From the NCBI RefSeq assembly GCF_030684315.1, contig NC_081396.1, forward strand, positions 5,642,001 to 5,706,000: a stretch of 64,000 nt of DNA, given 5' to 3'. Shown in pieces: positions 40,084 to 54,049 of the stretch. The stretch comes from Stegostoma tigrinum (lineage: Eukaryota). The translations under genes and the position numbers were made by a program. The notes beneath the pieces are model-generated. The model had not been told where the DNA came from. It searched no databases and was given only the letters and a program-made list of their open reading frames with translations. The stretch's first letter is position 1, and each line of letters opens with the position of its first letter.

Positions 40084-43000
40084 TTGTGCGCAGTGGTTTG
40101 TAGATGCGGGATGTGGGAAAGTTGGGAATCAGACCTCCACGATACAAATGATACTAATTGTTTGATAATTCATTGCATATAGCGAAAATATATTTTCTTT
40201 TAAAATATATTAGGATTTTCGTGAATTTTAACTTCAGATATTACTTACTGGATTTTTGAACACTGATATTGGAAAATTAGTCCACGAGTGAGATGACATG
40301 TTCTCTTTTTACACAAGGAGCGAATAAATGAAGCAGATTCAATGAAGGCTTAGAAAATTTAACCATGTAAACATATGGGCTGTTCAAATTTGTGGGGCCC
40401 TGGGAAAGCAGCAAGAGTTGTGACACTAACTGTATTACAGCATCAGAGATAAAGGATGTTGCCAATGTGACAACTGCAAGGATATTTGATTTTAAATTCA
40501 TATTTCCATTTTTCTTGAGTAAGAATAAGCCCAAGTCTAATTGCATTTGGATAAATACTATCCAAGAAGTTTTCATGTAAAGGTGTCTCGGCAATATTTC
40601 TTACTGATCACATGAAGACTCAATGTTAAAAAAAAACAGATTCGGTGAAGTGAGTTTCAGGCATCAAAAATTAATCATTTCCATTTCTCACTCGAAATCA
40701 TCATGGAAGTTATATTGTTCCATCAAGGGAGTTGATTTTTCCTCTTCACAATAATTTGAATTTACAAGGTGATTTTATTTTACCTTATTTTATTTCCACA
40801 CCTACTTTGGTTTGTTTGAGGTTTAATGCCATCGTTAGAACTTGACCTATAATTTGGAACTATCAGTTCGTTTCAGTTTGCGCATATTCTGCTGTGGTTT
40901 TACTGTTACTCACTGGGAAGTGCATCTGCTGAGTCCCTGACAACTTAAATACCGTCCAACCAATTGCCTGATTCGGCCCCGTGTTCCCAGAGTCGCCAAG
41001 TTTTACATTATGAGCAATACACATGCAAGGGTTAATTGGCCATAAACTGGAGAATGCCAGATTTTTTTTTCCGAAGAGGGATCTGAAACGTTAGCTTTCC
41101 TGCTCCTCTGATGCCACTTGGCCTGCTGCGTTCATCCAGCTCTACACCTGGTTATCTCTGTACTCTACACTAACTGTTCACCTCTCTAACTATAATAAAC
41201 CCTTTCTGCCACAGCACATTACTCTTCTAATCCTTTCTCCATCCGGCAATATTCCTGCTCCTGATAACTGAATCACACCCACCAGCTCCATGCACTCTAC
41301 TCATCACTGAGCTCTTTATTCTAAACGGGTTCTTTTAGAAAAACAAATTTAATTTCTTTCCCTACCTATTCCGCTATTGATCTCGTGCTTTTTTTCTGCC
41401 CTAATCGACAAAATAATGATTTATCACAACTGCCTCTTTGAACTCAGTCATAATTTCACATATTTCTCTGATGTCAGCCCCTCATTTCCTATGATCCAGA
41501 GGAACATGGACCAGTCTGAATTCACTCTTCAGAGCAGTCTGTATTGTTACTGATTTTTTTTCAAGCAGAGAGGAATGGCATAGCTTGGAAGAGTTGAACA
41601 ACAGAATCAGAAACATTCATGACATTCCACCGAAAAGCCGACTCCCAGTCAACTCTGACGAACAGACATATTACATTATTACTCATTCATGGATGTGGGA
41701 ATCATTTGCTATGCCTGAAGTTCTTGTCAATCATTAATTGCTACAGACTAGGTGGTGGGTGAACAACCTACTTCAGCCACTGAAGGCCTCCGAAGTAAGA
41801 ATGTCCACAATTCCAGTCAAAAGAGAGTTCCAGACTTTCGGCTCATGGTCAGTGTAGGAATTGTTTCATGTTTTTTGGCGCATCTAAGTTTTAATGATTA
41901 ATTTGTAACAATTAGTTGCTACTAATACCCAGGAAATATTCAAAATCTCGTGCTCTTGTTACAGGAACGAATACCCAACAAAAAATTTGTCAGTATCTTC
42001 GCGGATTAATTGTTCAGGAAACAAAGATTCAAAGAATAAAATTGAAAATGGTGTAGATAGAGTAGACTGAAAAGATGCATTCATTTGCCTGAGACGTCAG
42101 TGAATCAGGTGCATAGGTTATAAGTTATCGATACAACATTTAGAGAAAGAAGACTTTTTTTTTAAAGTGGACCCTGTGTATGGTCTGGAGGCCGCTGGTG
42201 AAACATAAGCAGAGATACAAGCATTTAACCCGCCCAGCAAAGAGACCTAAACTGTAAATCTTGAAACTTCATGTTTATGGCAAAAGGAAATGTAATTAAG
42301 GCAATACTAGGAATTTTAATGAGGTTTGATGGCCAGTGGTGGTCAGAGTGGCTTCGTTTTGGATATGAAATTGCCAACGTTTTATGATTGTTCTTAATAT
42401 CGAAAAATTCCAACGTTCTCTGATATAGGGGATTCACATTATGCAAATTGCTCCTGAATGGATCTGGAGTTGATAAATTGTCTTCTTTCGTGCTGCACTT
42501 GTCATTCAGCTTTTGTTGATAATGGCATTGGCTTCTACTTGGTTTCATGCATCTACAAGATTTATGACTATTGTGATAATATCTAAATGTTTCATCCTGC
42601 ATCAACCGTCATTGCATGAACAAGTGATTGATTATTTAAAAGATCTACTTGTTCAGAGATTGCTACACACGTCAGGAATTTGCAGAACTTGAACCAGGCA
42701 TGTGGGCTCAGAATTGGGAACACTGCCAATCTACCAAGAATTCTTGGTTTCTTGTCAAGATATCTCTCCAAGCAATTACTACATGAGATAATGGCTGTAA
42801 CAAATGACTATCTCAATTAGGTCTTCAGTCATTCATCTTTTTGTTTATATTATTCTATACATATTCATGTTTCTTACCACATAATTACAGTAACCAGTAC
42901 ACCAGACACTGACTGCTGGTGTCGTACGAAATGATGTTATTGTTAAGATTTAAAATGACTTTGCATCGATTTATGTTCCATTCAATCGTACCTTTGCTTA

Positions 43001-45355
43001 TATGACTCCATTTCCTGTCTTTGTTTGTATTGAAATAGACTGTGCTGATATTAGTACTCAGTTTGATCATGTGTCTTTTTATATTACTTTGGAATCAATC
43101 TCAGCTGTTTCCAAATTGTATCATGTACCATTCTGCATTACTTAGAGCATGTCTGTTTTACTGATGGACTCCTTTTATCAGTTCTTCTGGATTTTTTTTC
43201 ATGACTACCTAAGGGTAAAGCACCGGGATCCATCATGTATCTAATTGCTTAAGCCTGTGTTTGTTTTATTTGATTAAACACTATGTGAATTTCCACAGTT
43301 GACCATAGTTGTGTTCTTATTGCACTGTGCACTTTGTGAATTTTTTGCTGCCAGGGGTCATTCTCAGTAAATGCCATTACCGACCTTGCAAAGTTCGATG
43401 TTACATTAATTTCGTCTCCATTACTCGTACATTTGATGCTACCGATCTAAGCCATTGTATTGTATATGACGTCATGTAATGAAAACACTGTTTTCACTGC
43501 GTCAGGTATTTGTAAGCTATAATTCTAACTAATACCATTAAGCAGACTCAACTGTTTGGTGACCCTTCCTGCATGTATTGTTTAGCAGGAAAAAAAAATC
43601 CACAGTTCCACTTTCTACAGAAATTGCTTTCGATGTTCTTCATTTCAGATACCTTCCTACGTGGTGAATCATGATTTCGAATAGATATGATATTAATCTA
43701 TTGAAATATTTACGTGACGTTAATGCTGAAATACTAAAATAATTCCCAATAAACAGAAGTTACAAGGTTGTAGAAATGAAAGGGACTCAAACCAATGACA
43801 AATATATATATGTGCCTTGCATCATAATGAATTTACAACAATTTAGAACGTGGAAGAGATGGGAATAGAATAATTTAAGTTCGAGATAAGATCTTAGCAT
43901 CTAGACGAAGCAATTACACTTGATAATGACTAAAAGACATTGTTATGGTGAGAGGGAGACAGACAGAAGTTTGATCTCAAGTACAATAACATCACCCTCC
44001 TTACAATATTGAAAATGAAAGGCATAGAACCTGATTAAACATGTTTGTTCTATGGATTGCAAGTAAACTCCAGTTTGAAACTTCATTGCCCATCTCACAA
44101 GAAATAAATGAGGGACCACATGAATATGTGGCAGAACCGAGATGTACAACATTGGGAAATAGCTTCATTTTTTAAAGGAAATGCATGGACAAGCTATTTA
44201 TCCCTTTATGTCGTTTGTTATCCAATACTCATAGTTAGTGGCATTACTGGGAAGGAATAGATTTCAAATAAGTTATTCTTTGCGGTATAAAACTCTAAAA
44301 TGATTTATCTCTCATTCAGGGTCATTTTTCTGATATCCGTCGAGGTCTAAACGTAAGGCATTCTAACCAATTGCCAACGCATTCATGTGCCTTGCATAGT
44401 AGCAAACTTTGTAAGATGAGCTGTAGTCCATCACTTGAGCTTGTAATTCAATTTATTATGACATATTTATGAACATATTGTTTATTATACTGCTGAAATA
44501 TGGATCTTCACATGTGGCCGACTGATGTCAATGTTATTATTTGGGCATTAGTTTGTACGCTAACATAGCAAACTGCTTTCTTTTATTATTGCTATTATGG
44601 GAAGTAATAGTATATCATAATGTAGCAGCCTACAGTTTGTACTGTGGTCTTAGCACAGTACAGGAAATGAATTATGAGAGCTCAATCACTACATTAGCTG
44701 CAATTTAAGACATAAATGTTTCTGCTGATTACAAAAATCAAAAGTGCGAATTTTCGAATGAAGCATTAGTTATGGTCTCATGAGATCCAGCTGAGTTTGC
44801 TCATTATTAATGTAGTCTTTTGGAGTTAAAAATCGAAACCTTTAAAAGGGAAAATTGCAGTTCCTCGATGTTAAGTCTACTGTGCGTATTGTCTTGCCCC
44901 GATGCATTCGTTAGTTTTGGATAGCCATATTTTAAGTCTTGAATGGGATGGGAGCCTCCCATGATAATGGCAACTTTATTTGGCAATCTCCAGTTTCCAC
45001 ATTAGTTGAGAGAGTTGTGCCTGCTGTAGCGTTAGTGCTGAAATTCTTACAGGAGTTTAACTAAACACACCTTTTGCACGATGATGTACTGATACAACAT
45101 GCAAAATAAAAAAACATCCTTGAAGAAGAAGTTAGATTATGAACACGTCTGAAACAAAGAAGGAATGGCATTGTGAAAATAATCTCAAAAGGCTCAGGCT
45201 CTAACAAGTCAATGCATTTGAGACACTGGGATTGGTTTCAAAATCAGGAACGCAGAACAGAAAGAATTGGAGGGATACTGAGATGTGAGATTTATTTGGA
45301 GTGTGACTGGGCTTGCAGTGGTGAGACAAAGAAGATGTTTTAAATGTCGGAAAAT

Positions 45356-45600
45356 NNNNNNNNNNNNNNNNNNNNNNNNNNNNNNNNNNNNNNNNNNNNN
45401 NNNNNNNNNNNNNNNNNNNNNNNNNNNNNNNNNNNNNNNNNNNNNNNNNNNNNNNNNNNNNNNNNNNNNNNNNNNNNNNNNNNNNNNNNNNNNTTTCTTT
45501 ATTTCTTCCTTCCTTTCTTTACATCTTTCCCTCTCTTTCTTCCTCTTTTTTCTCTCTTCTTTCATTTCTTCCTTTCGCTCTTTGTTCTTTCTCACACAAA
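45356..45600. repeat. Assembly gap (N 45356-45493) and CT-rich tract
   Basis: Paralogous position to the 7.3 kb gap. Confidence 0.9.
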
Positions 45601-46839
45601 CTCACACATTCTGTCACATTCAAAATCTCTCTCACAGATTCAGTCACTCTGTCAAAATCATCATATCCATTCTAAAAGTCTCTCATTCCCAGAATTTCTT
45701 TTGCACACATATTCTCTGTCACTCACAAATTTTCTCACACTTGAGCAAACTTTCACTCATGCACTGATATTTCCAAATATGTGTCTCAGACATGCTCTTG
45801 CACATAGATATAATCACAGGATTCGATTGAAAAATGTTTCAAACTGCAGTTTTCACTCTCTGGAAGAACAGTCCTCGTATTCCCACTATGATCTCATCTT
45901 CAGACTGGGCACTTTGCAGGCTTCTAAACATAATATTGAATTCAACACCTTCAGATTGTGAACTAACTCCCATTTCAGTTGGCTTTACTTGTTACTTTCT
46001 CTAATTTCTTGCCTTTCTTTTAGTTTCACTTGTTACATTCTCTGTCACTATGTCCTCTCTCCCCTCCTGCCACTCAAGTCTGGCATTAATAAAAAACCAT
46101 TCTTCTGGCATTCTCACATTCCGATCACTTAATCTGAACTATCAACAACTTTTCTTCCCAACATTCTACACCACCCACCCCCAACCCACTCAACTATAGC
46201 ATTAATGTTGTCCCCTTCCAGACTTCACTTCAGCTCTGATAAAGTTTCATTCAGGCTCGAAGCGTTAGCTTTGTCCCTCTCCCCCGATCCTGTCTGATTC
46301 ATTGTATTCTCCAACATTTGCTGTTTCAGCATCGATTTCTATGTCTCTTTTCAAAGAAGACATTAAACTCGTGGACCCTACTTTCCTCTTGAACATCTTG
46401 AATAATGATTTATCTAATTATTATAAAATTACTATTCATTTAGACCTCGTTGTATGCTCGATATTTATCATAATTCATGCGTCACAACGGGAATCACACT
46501 TTAAAAGTTTTTACTGGCGTTAAAATTGCTTTGAGGCTCACAATTATCAATGGCGCCACCCCTGAGCCACATGAGAGAATGCATAGCATACAACATCGCA
46601 GAAGACTCAGACCATTGTTGTTGCTATTATTATTATTATTATTATTATTTACAAATATTTTTAGTGGCTGGTTCAGTCGTACCTGTCACCAGCTGACAAT
46701 GTGTATTTATAGTGAGACAATGTGGCAGTCAATTTTCTCATTAATGTATAACTCTGACTCCAAAGAACGAATGAATCAAAACTGCTATGGAACAATTTTG
46801 AGTTCGGCTGCTGAAGTATTAGCTATTGAAATAATTTAA

Positions 46840-47717
46840 TGAGTAATGCAATTTGTCTAAATGGACACATCAACACATTCTTGAACTGATCTCTGCAATT
46901 AGCCTGCTTTACAACAAAAATGGAAGTGTTTGCACAGCAACTCAGGAGCTGGAACACAAATCGAATTTCTCGCATAAGGTATGGTAACTATACAGATTCA
47001 TATCTCAACTAATACATTGGGTACCAAATAAAATACAGCATAGAAGCTGTCCATAACATAATGAAATCCCCTGAGATAACAAATAGTGGAATAATACATT
47101 TCCTTCGGATTTCCATCTCGAGGTCACATGTATTGTCCTCACTGCTCTTCGCACGCAGTTTCGTGCAGGCTCTGCTTGTATTCAAATTATGTATAACTGT
47201 TAAAGGACTCAACAAGAGAATGAGAGAAAAGGAAATTAAAGGACTTAGAATGTGACAAAGGAACTCTATTGAACCAGAAATCAGAAGCTCAATAATTTCC
47301 ATTATTCCATCAAAAAACCAAGGAATGTTCTGCGGCCAATGCTCATCCATTAACACAAAATACCTGACACAGCTCAGTACAGTCACTGTTCCTAGAAGCA
47401 CAACTGCTGTTTTATTAATGCTTGATTTACATTTCAACTTTTGACAACAAATGGCCAAAAATATATCAAAAGTGAAAGCAACCGTAAACAAGGCAGAGCA
47501 ATAAGTAACTATGTAAACCAGGGCGGAATGAATATTGCACACATGGAGAAAATACAGGAAAAGAAACAATGACACATAAACAATCGGAATATGCCTCAAC
47601 ATCAGGTCAAGAACAACGATTGTAGATCCCCGCAGCCAGCGCCAAATGGCATTGGATGCAGCATTTGAAGAGAATGTTTTCTTTAACGAAATTCTAACAA
47701 TGTCGTCAGTAAGCTAA
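46840..47717 (-). pseudogene. GPR139-like GPCR pseudogene, copy 3 (best preserved)
   Basis: 197-aa ORF LRHIPIVY..VCNIHSAL..FTVAFTFDIFLAICCQKLK..TAVVLLGTVTVLSC..EMEIRRKCIIPLFVISGDFIMLW; TM7-like SCCANTSIFVV after a stop; DRF motif degraded to DIF. Confidence 0.8.
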
Positions 47718-48592
47718 CTGCAAAGGAATGTAAGTAAAACCAAACCTTAAATTACCTTGGAAGCAAACTTACGAGCTTGATTGTGTATTACTTAAGATTA
47801 CGGCTGCATTAATGTGGTCAGCGAAGGATAAAATAATGTCAACTGTCGCAAAAAATAATTCCGAGGTCAGTTAATTCCGCTTTCAACAAAATCAACCGCT
47901 TAATACAAAATAGTATGAGCATGAAATAGCACTGAAGTATTACCACTTCAGGTAATGAAGCAAAATGGGTAATCTGCTTACAGCGTGTAGTAGAACAGAA
48001 CTGAAGGTTTCAGAAACAATCAGCCTTAAACGAGTTGAACAGTAATATAAAATGTTGGAATGAACTCAGCTGAAGCAGTCAGAATACGCTGGGTGGCTGT
48101 GATCTGAAATTATCCCAGTTATTATTATTGTTATTAATATTCATTGTTATTAATAATCATTATTCATTGATTACCAGAAAATCAAACAGGCCATTTTTAC
48201 ATAATGCATTGACTGTGGATTAATTGTGAGACACCAAACCAAATCCTGCTTCTCATCATTATCTATTACTTCCGGGTTAATTAGGGGAAATAAAACAGCG
48301 TGATAATTTCAGTTTCCCCTGGTAGTTTCTCAGTGATTCTGGATTTATTATGGGATATGGGTACAGGTGTTGCTTCTAATATTTAACCATTCAACATCAT
48401 ATGGAATGACTGAAACAGACAATCCTCCTTGTCTTGAACGTCACCCAGTCAGACTAGAGTCGTTGGTGAAGTCAACTTATGGCCTGCTTTTGACATTTAC
48501 CCAATGTCTGAGGGTTACTATCAGAAAATCACCTTATGTTCTTGCTGCTGAACGTTGCTCAGTGACTCACACTTAGCACCAGTAAATCCATC

Positions 48593-48595
<3 letters not shown>

Positions 48596-48655
<60 letters not shown>
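48596..48655. repeat. (GT)n microsatellite
   Basis: About 30 perfect GT units. Confidence 0.98.
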
Positions 48656-48657
<2 letters not shown>

Positions 48658-49152
48658 ATGTAGAAAGAGAGACAGAAAGAGTCTTTGTGATTGTGCTTGA
48701 GTGTAAGAAAAAATTGTGGGGGGGCGGTGTTTGGGGAGATAAAGCATGACTGATGACATGATTGCTTTCTGGTATTTTTCCTTGACTGGAAATCCATGAA
48801 CCCACAGTAATGTTTGTAAATGGAGTTTAGAATCCATCCACGGCAGAATGTGCAACTTTAATACAATTATTAAATTTGTGATCAAATATTCATCCAATGT
48901 TGACAATGAAGCATGTTTCAAAAAACCCCATGCACTGCACTCAAGTCCATAGCGAGCCGATATGTGACTCCAGTGACTGCACCAGCAATGTCACTAACTC
49001 TGAAAGACGCAAAACAACACACTCATTGGACCAAATCCCTGCTCAGGCAAACGAAATGAATCGCGACTAATTGGATGACGTGGGACAAATCAAGGCACTG
49101 GAAACGTGAACGGCGCACAGACCCATGATGATCTGATAAAATCTTCTGCTCA

Positions 49153-49938
49153 TGTCAAGTTCGTTTTCGGAGAGCCTCACAGACTTGCTGCAATAACAAG
49201 ACACTGACCTGTTTAGAAAAACACAAATCCTTTTATTACAAAGTAAGTACAACCTGTCCAGAATCACTGTACTCAACCCGGCACAGAGTGCAGAGTCTCG
49301 CAAGTAATTGTCCCCGAGCAGTGGACACTCCCCGCTTTTAATACTTTACAGAAGACATGATACAGAAAACAATTTCACAATTTGCAACGACATGATTCAT
49401 GAAACAATTACTACAACAGACAAAAACATGATACCAAGCAATTATTACATCAACAACATAAAAGAACAGGATATAGTATCGATTGCTCGTGAAGTAGCTG
49501 CTAATGGCAGGAGAGGATTTCGAGTTGTCCTCCGGGACGGATTCTGATTTCAAGTTGCATGTTTGGCTAACTAGAACAAAGTCAGTGCCCTGGCCCCTTT
49601 GCCAGCGGCAGAAGTTGCATGCTTTAGCGGTTTCACACCTTTACAAATTTTCCCCACCTAACCCGATTTGAAACAGTTTGATTCTAATTTTAATTCAGTC
49701 AGGAAGCTTAAGACAGTGTCTGTATACAGATGTGTGAGAAGGTAAGGAGTTCCAAAAGCTTTACACTGAATTCCTAGCTGGGCAGGAAGCTTCAGGGCAG
49801 TGCCTGCATACCTATGTGTAGGTAGATAAGAGTTTACTTCTTTAAATTAAAGTCTCTGCATAGGAATAGAATGCAGATAAAAGACTTTAATTTATAGAAG
49901 TATATAAATCAATGGGATGTTGTCACATTAACATCTCA
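49153..49938 (-). repeat. 3' LTR
   Basis: TGTCAAGT...CATCTCA, highly similar to 55909-56688. Confidence 0.93.
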
Positions 49939-49959
49939 TTCCCTCATTTTACCATTTCA

Positions 49960-51340
49960 TGATAACTTATAAACGGGCCGAGAAGGCAGCTGCCAGCCTG
50001 TCAAACACAAATCTGCAGCAAGGGTTCAGACACGCCATAAATGTACAGCAGGTAGCTATGACAACCACTAGAACAACTAACCCACGCAGCAAATATGAGC
50101 CCCAAGAACGGCACATAAGCCATCCCAACAAACCCTCTCCAGGCGGGGGTCCCTCACTGCACTTTTCCAACAGCCCCTGTATGGCTTGGGTAACCTGGGT
50201 AATGTTAAAGGACTCGTTGGTGACGTGGGTAATGCACTTGTCCCCTATAATTGTGCATACTCCTCCTTGCTAAGCCAGCTGATAGCCCACTGCATACCGG
50301 GTTTGCTGAGCATAGAGCCAAAGTTCAGCCAATCCTTGGCTGACTGCCTCCAATGCCGTCATTGTGCTGTTTCCCAGGGCGGTGAGTCCACATACAAGGT
50401 AATTTCGAATTTTCTTTTGTGGAGTCTCCCAAGCCAACAGTTCCCAGAGAGCCGTATCCCAAGGAAGAGCCCAGGGCAACTGGTTTCTGCCATGCAGCGC
50501 AAAATTCCTCGCTCAGGTAGCATGTGACAATTCGCCTTTGAATTCGTGCTTGTTGGGGACAACGGACAATGAGGGGCCCAATAGTCCCACGAGCAAACAG
50601 CACCGGCAGAGTTGGAGTGGCAGTATGAAGGTCCTGTTAAGGAGGAAAACAAATCCCTTTTTTGCCCAGTAGCAGGGACCAGACTCACGTATTTCTTGAT
50701 AGCTACGCCAGGTGGACTGACCCTTATGTGGATGGAAATTTGCGGAGTTAAATGGAAATGACCCAAAGTCTGTTTTTACATGAGTGCCACTGCAATCCCC
50801 ACAAGTCGACTGTATGCCCGGGGTCACAGTTATGGGCTTAGATTTCAAGCAGGGGCAGTTCGACAATGCTCCTCTAGTGGTGCAATTTCTCTTTCCGCAC
50901 TGATGGGGCCAGAAAACATTATCAGAGTGATTAGTGACTAGAGCAGGCACACAACAAGCCCCAGTTCCATTGAAGCAAAACGGATAGATGTTGGGACTTG
51001 TACAGTTAGCCCCTTCCTTCCCATGCCCAGGTCTCGTGCCGCCACAACCAGAGAGACCACTAACTACCAGTTTCATACATGTACCCTGCACACCCCTCGT
51101 CCAAGTTCCCCTCTCTCCTCGGCAAGGCTTACCGGAATACTCGATTTCATAAAGCTGACCAGGGTTCCAGGCAGATGTCTCCACAAATAACGCTTCTACG
51201 GACCGTGCTAGTGCGTAACATGCTGCCCGATTCCCGTGCAGCTCGATGTGTGTTCGATAAAACAGATTGTCCTGCTGGCCATGCATGGGAAGAATAACAC
51301 TCAGTCCAATGGTTAACTGCACGCTGACGAGGAAATCCAT
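49960..51340 (-). pseudogene. env: Retroviral env (frameshifted)
   Basis: Signal-peptide-like start, Cys-rich SU, TM heptad TMTALEAVSQGLAELWLYAQQTRYAVGYQLA*QGGVCTIIGDKCITHV, hydrophobic anchor. Confidence 0.85.
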
Positions 51341-51349
51341 CGTTTACAG

Positions 51350-52770
51350 TCACTTAAGTGGATCCAGCGATTCTGTCCTTTAACTTTAAGATCTGTTGGA
51401 GTCTGAAGAAGCACTTGGTACGGTCCTTTCCACCTTGATCCAAGCTTGGAGAGACCCCAGTCCGGACAAGTACAAAATCTCCAATCTGCGGCCACGAAGA
51501 TCGATCCTGAATGTCGAGGTCTTGTTCCCGTGTCTGCGGAGGTAGTCCAAAGGCGCACTTCACCTATGAATGGAGAAACCTTAAAGATGATGTTAGTTGT
51601 CAGAAGTAAATTTGCATTTCTTCTCCCATCACATTTAGGTCAGTTTTGGTGGGTGGGCTGGTATTGGCATCCCAGTGTGTTCTGCTGGGACGGCCATAGA
51701 CTATTTCAGCTGCTGAGAGCCCAATAGTAAAATGGTGTGTTATTCGCATGTGACACAAGGCTAGTGGCAAAACCTTTAACCAATTAAGGCAGGTTTCTGA
51801 TGTCAATTTGGTCAGTTTAGTTTTAAGTGTTCCATTAGCTCGCTCCACTATCCCTGCTGCCCGAGGGTGGTAGGCACAGTGGAATTGTTGTTGGATGTGT
51901 AATGTATCACACAGTTCCTTATTAATTTTCGCTACAAAGTGAGGGCCGTTGTCCGAACTAATTTGTTGCCGTACTCCAAACCTTGGTATTATTTTGGTTA
52001 ATAACAGTTTTACTCCTGTCGAGGCTTTGTTGTTTGTCGTTGGGAAAGCCTCTATCCATCTACTGAATACATCTACAATGACAAGACAATATTTGTAACA
52101 GTTTATGCGTGGCAGTTCAATAAAATCCAGCTGAATGCATTTAAATGGTCCACCTGGCAAGGGTGTTTTTCCTGGCGAGCATCTCACGCCCTGACCCACA
52201 TTGTTTTGCTGGCATGTGGGACAAGATACTCTACGAGACTGGGCTGCTTCAATCAGTCTGGGGTGCCACCAGGTGTGGAGCATAATACCACTCATTCCCT
52301 CCTTGCCAAGGTGGGTGTCAGAATGCAGACAGTCAACAAGCATAGGTAATAAAGTATCAGATACACAAATTTGGCTACCTGGGGTAGCCCAAAGGCCTGA
52401 GGACGCAGAATGCAAACATCCATGCGCCTTCCAAATATTCTTTTCAAAAGCGGGGCGTCCCCCTGTAAGTGCCGAACAGTGACCACACCTGGCATGCCCG
52501 TCTTGTCTGAAGGCATGCGATTTACCTCCTGCTTGTGCATAGAGGGTACAATAAAAATTTGGTCTGCAGCAGCCTGTTTAGTAGCCAGATCAGCCCGAGC
52601 ATGGCCCCAAGTAACTATAGAATCAACAATGGCATGGGCAGTGCATTTGATAATAGCCAATTGTTTAGTTTTAAGTGTGAAACTGTTTAGGGAGAGGATT
52701 GCCTGGAGGTTTTCTACAGACAGGGAATCCTGGATGGGTGTAGCTGAGGACGTTAAAAACCCACACTACG
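51350..52770 (-). pseudogene. pol: Retroviral pol 3' part: RNase H end and integrase
   Basis: AIIKCTAH..GHARADLATKQAA; HHCC (HSDTH..CPTC); LDFIELP, SDNGPHF, VERANGTLK (DDE); WKGPYQVLL. Confidence 0.92.
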
Positions 52771-53586
52771 TCCAGAGAAGGGAGTGAGGCATCAGTAAGG
52801 GCCGGGCGGGGAGAGGTTAGAAATTGGTTCCTCAGCAGGCAGTCATGTGGGGGTTAGCTCAGAAATTTGGCTGGGTTCATAGTGGAGCAGGAAGAGATAT
52901 GGAACAAACCGCAGGGACAGGGAATAAATCGCAGGGAGAATCTGGGAACAAGGAGGGTAATCCCTGAGCTACAGTGTCCAGGCGAGTGGAGTATTAGGCA
53001 ACTGGTCGTTATAATTCAAGTTTAAAGGGCCGATTGTAAACCTGTCAGTTTCAGTATGATGTCTGTGCGTGTGTAAGTGACGTAGTACCACACGGGGTAG
53101 GGCAGTTTCAATACCCACTCCGCATGATGATTGCGATCAGTTATGAGGGAGGGCAACAGGGTGGGTGCACACGAGGAATCTCCGCGCTGTGTCATGTCTC
53201 ATTTGCACAGTGTCACCATATCCCATTTACCAAACTGAACCAGGGAGGCAGTATGGGCACGAACATTGCAATAGTGTCCTGAAATTAGAGAGAGAGTGGC
53301 AGGTGGGGAAGAAAACTTTAGTTCGTTTACAAAAATTATCAAGAAAGAGTTGGATTTATACATGCTAAAAAAAATTAACCAAATTTACCATTCGCAAAAA
53401 TCAGAAATTCTTGGGGAAAAAAAAATTAATGTTGCAGATGGGCCCTAGGACCCAGCGGAGCAACAGCTGTTGGAGTAACTGTAAGTTTCTAGAGGTATCA
53501 ATTACCTGGATAAGTCCCCCGCCGGAGCCACAGCTGTGGGAGAAACTTCAGCCGGCAGTTTCAAGAGGTATCCATTTCCTGGATAA

Positions 53587-54028
53587 GTGGTTGTGAATTT
53601 CAAAACAATGGTGTGTGCCATTGATGGAAAGGCGCTCTCCTGCCTTAAAGCGGTGGGGGGAGGGTGGAATTTCACGGTGTTGGATATCTCGAATGGTTTC
53701 TGGTCTATCCCGGTTCGGCAGGACCAGAACAAATTCGCATTGACTTTTGAAGGACAACGGTACACGTGGAGTTGTCTGCCACAGGATTTCCATTATAGCC
53801 CCAGCATTCTCCACCAGTGTATGGCAGACCGTTTAAAAGATTTCAGTGAGCCACACACGCTTGGATGACATCCTGTTGTTCACAGACAATGGTGAGGAAC
53901 ATGGCCCCCGACTGAGTGAGTTGTTACAACTCCTGTGCAAGAGCGGGTTGAAGGTAAACCCTAAGAAGGAACAGGTAGGGTTGAGGGAGGTCGAGTTCCT
54001 GGGACTGACCCCGAGGGCTGCGGCATAG
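53587..54028 (+). pseudogene. Retroviral reverse-transcriptase fragment, antisense to the provirus
   Basis: FTVLDISNGFWSIPV..KFALTFEGQRYTWSCLPQDFHYSPSILH, LDDILLF, GLKVNPKKEQ..EVEFLG on the plus strand. Confidence 0.85.
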
Positions 54029-54049
54029 ATGCAGCACAGGCTAAAGTGA

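Larger units (their letters stand above)
37675..48272 (+). repeat. Segmental duplication, copy B (paralog at 1-9852)
   Basis: Collinear with 1-9852, with an extra segment around 41.7-42.3 kb. Confidence 0.9.

Noticed and set aside
48555-48921. CV/HT-repeat ORFs
   Set aside because: Translations of the GT microsatellite.
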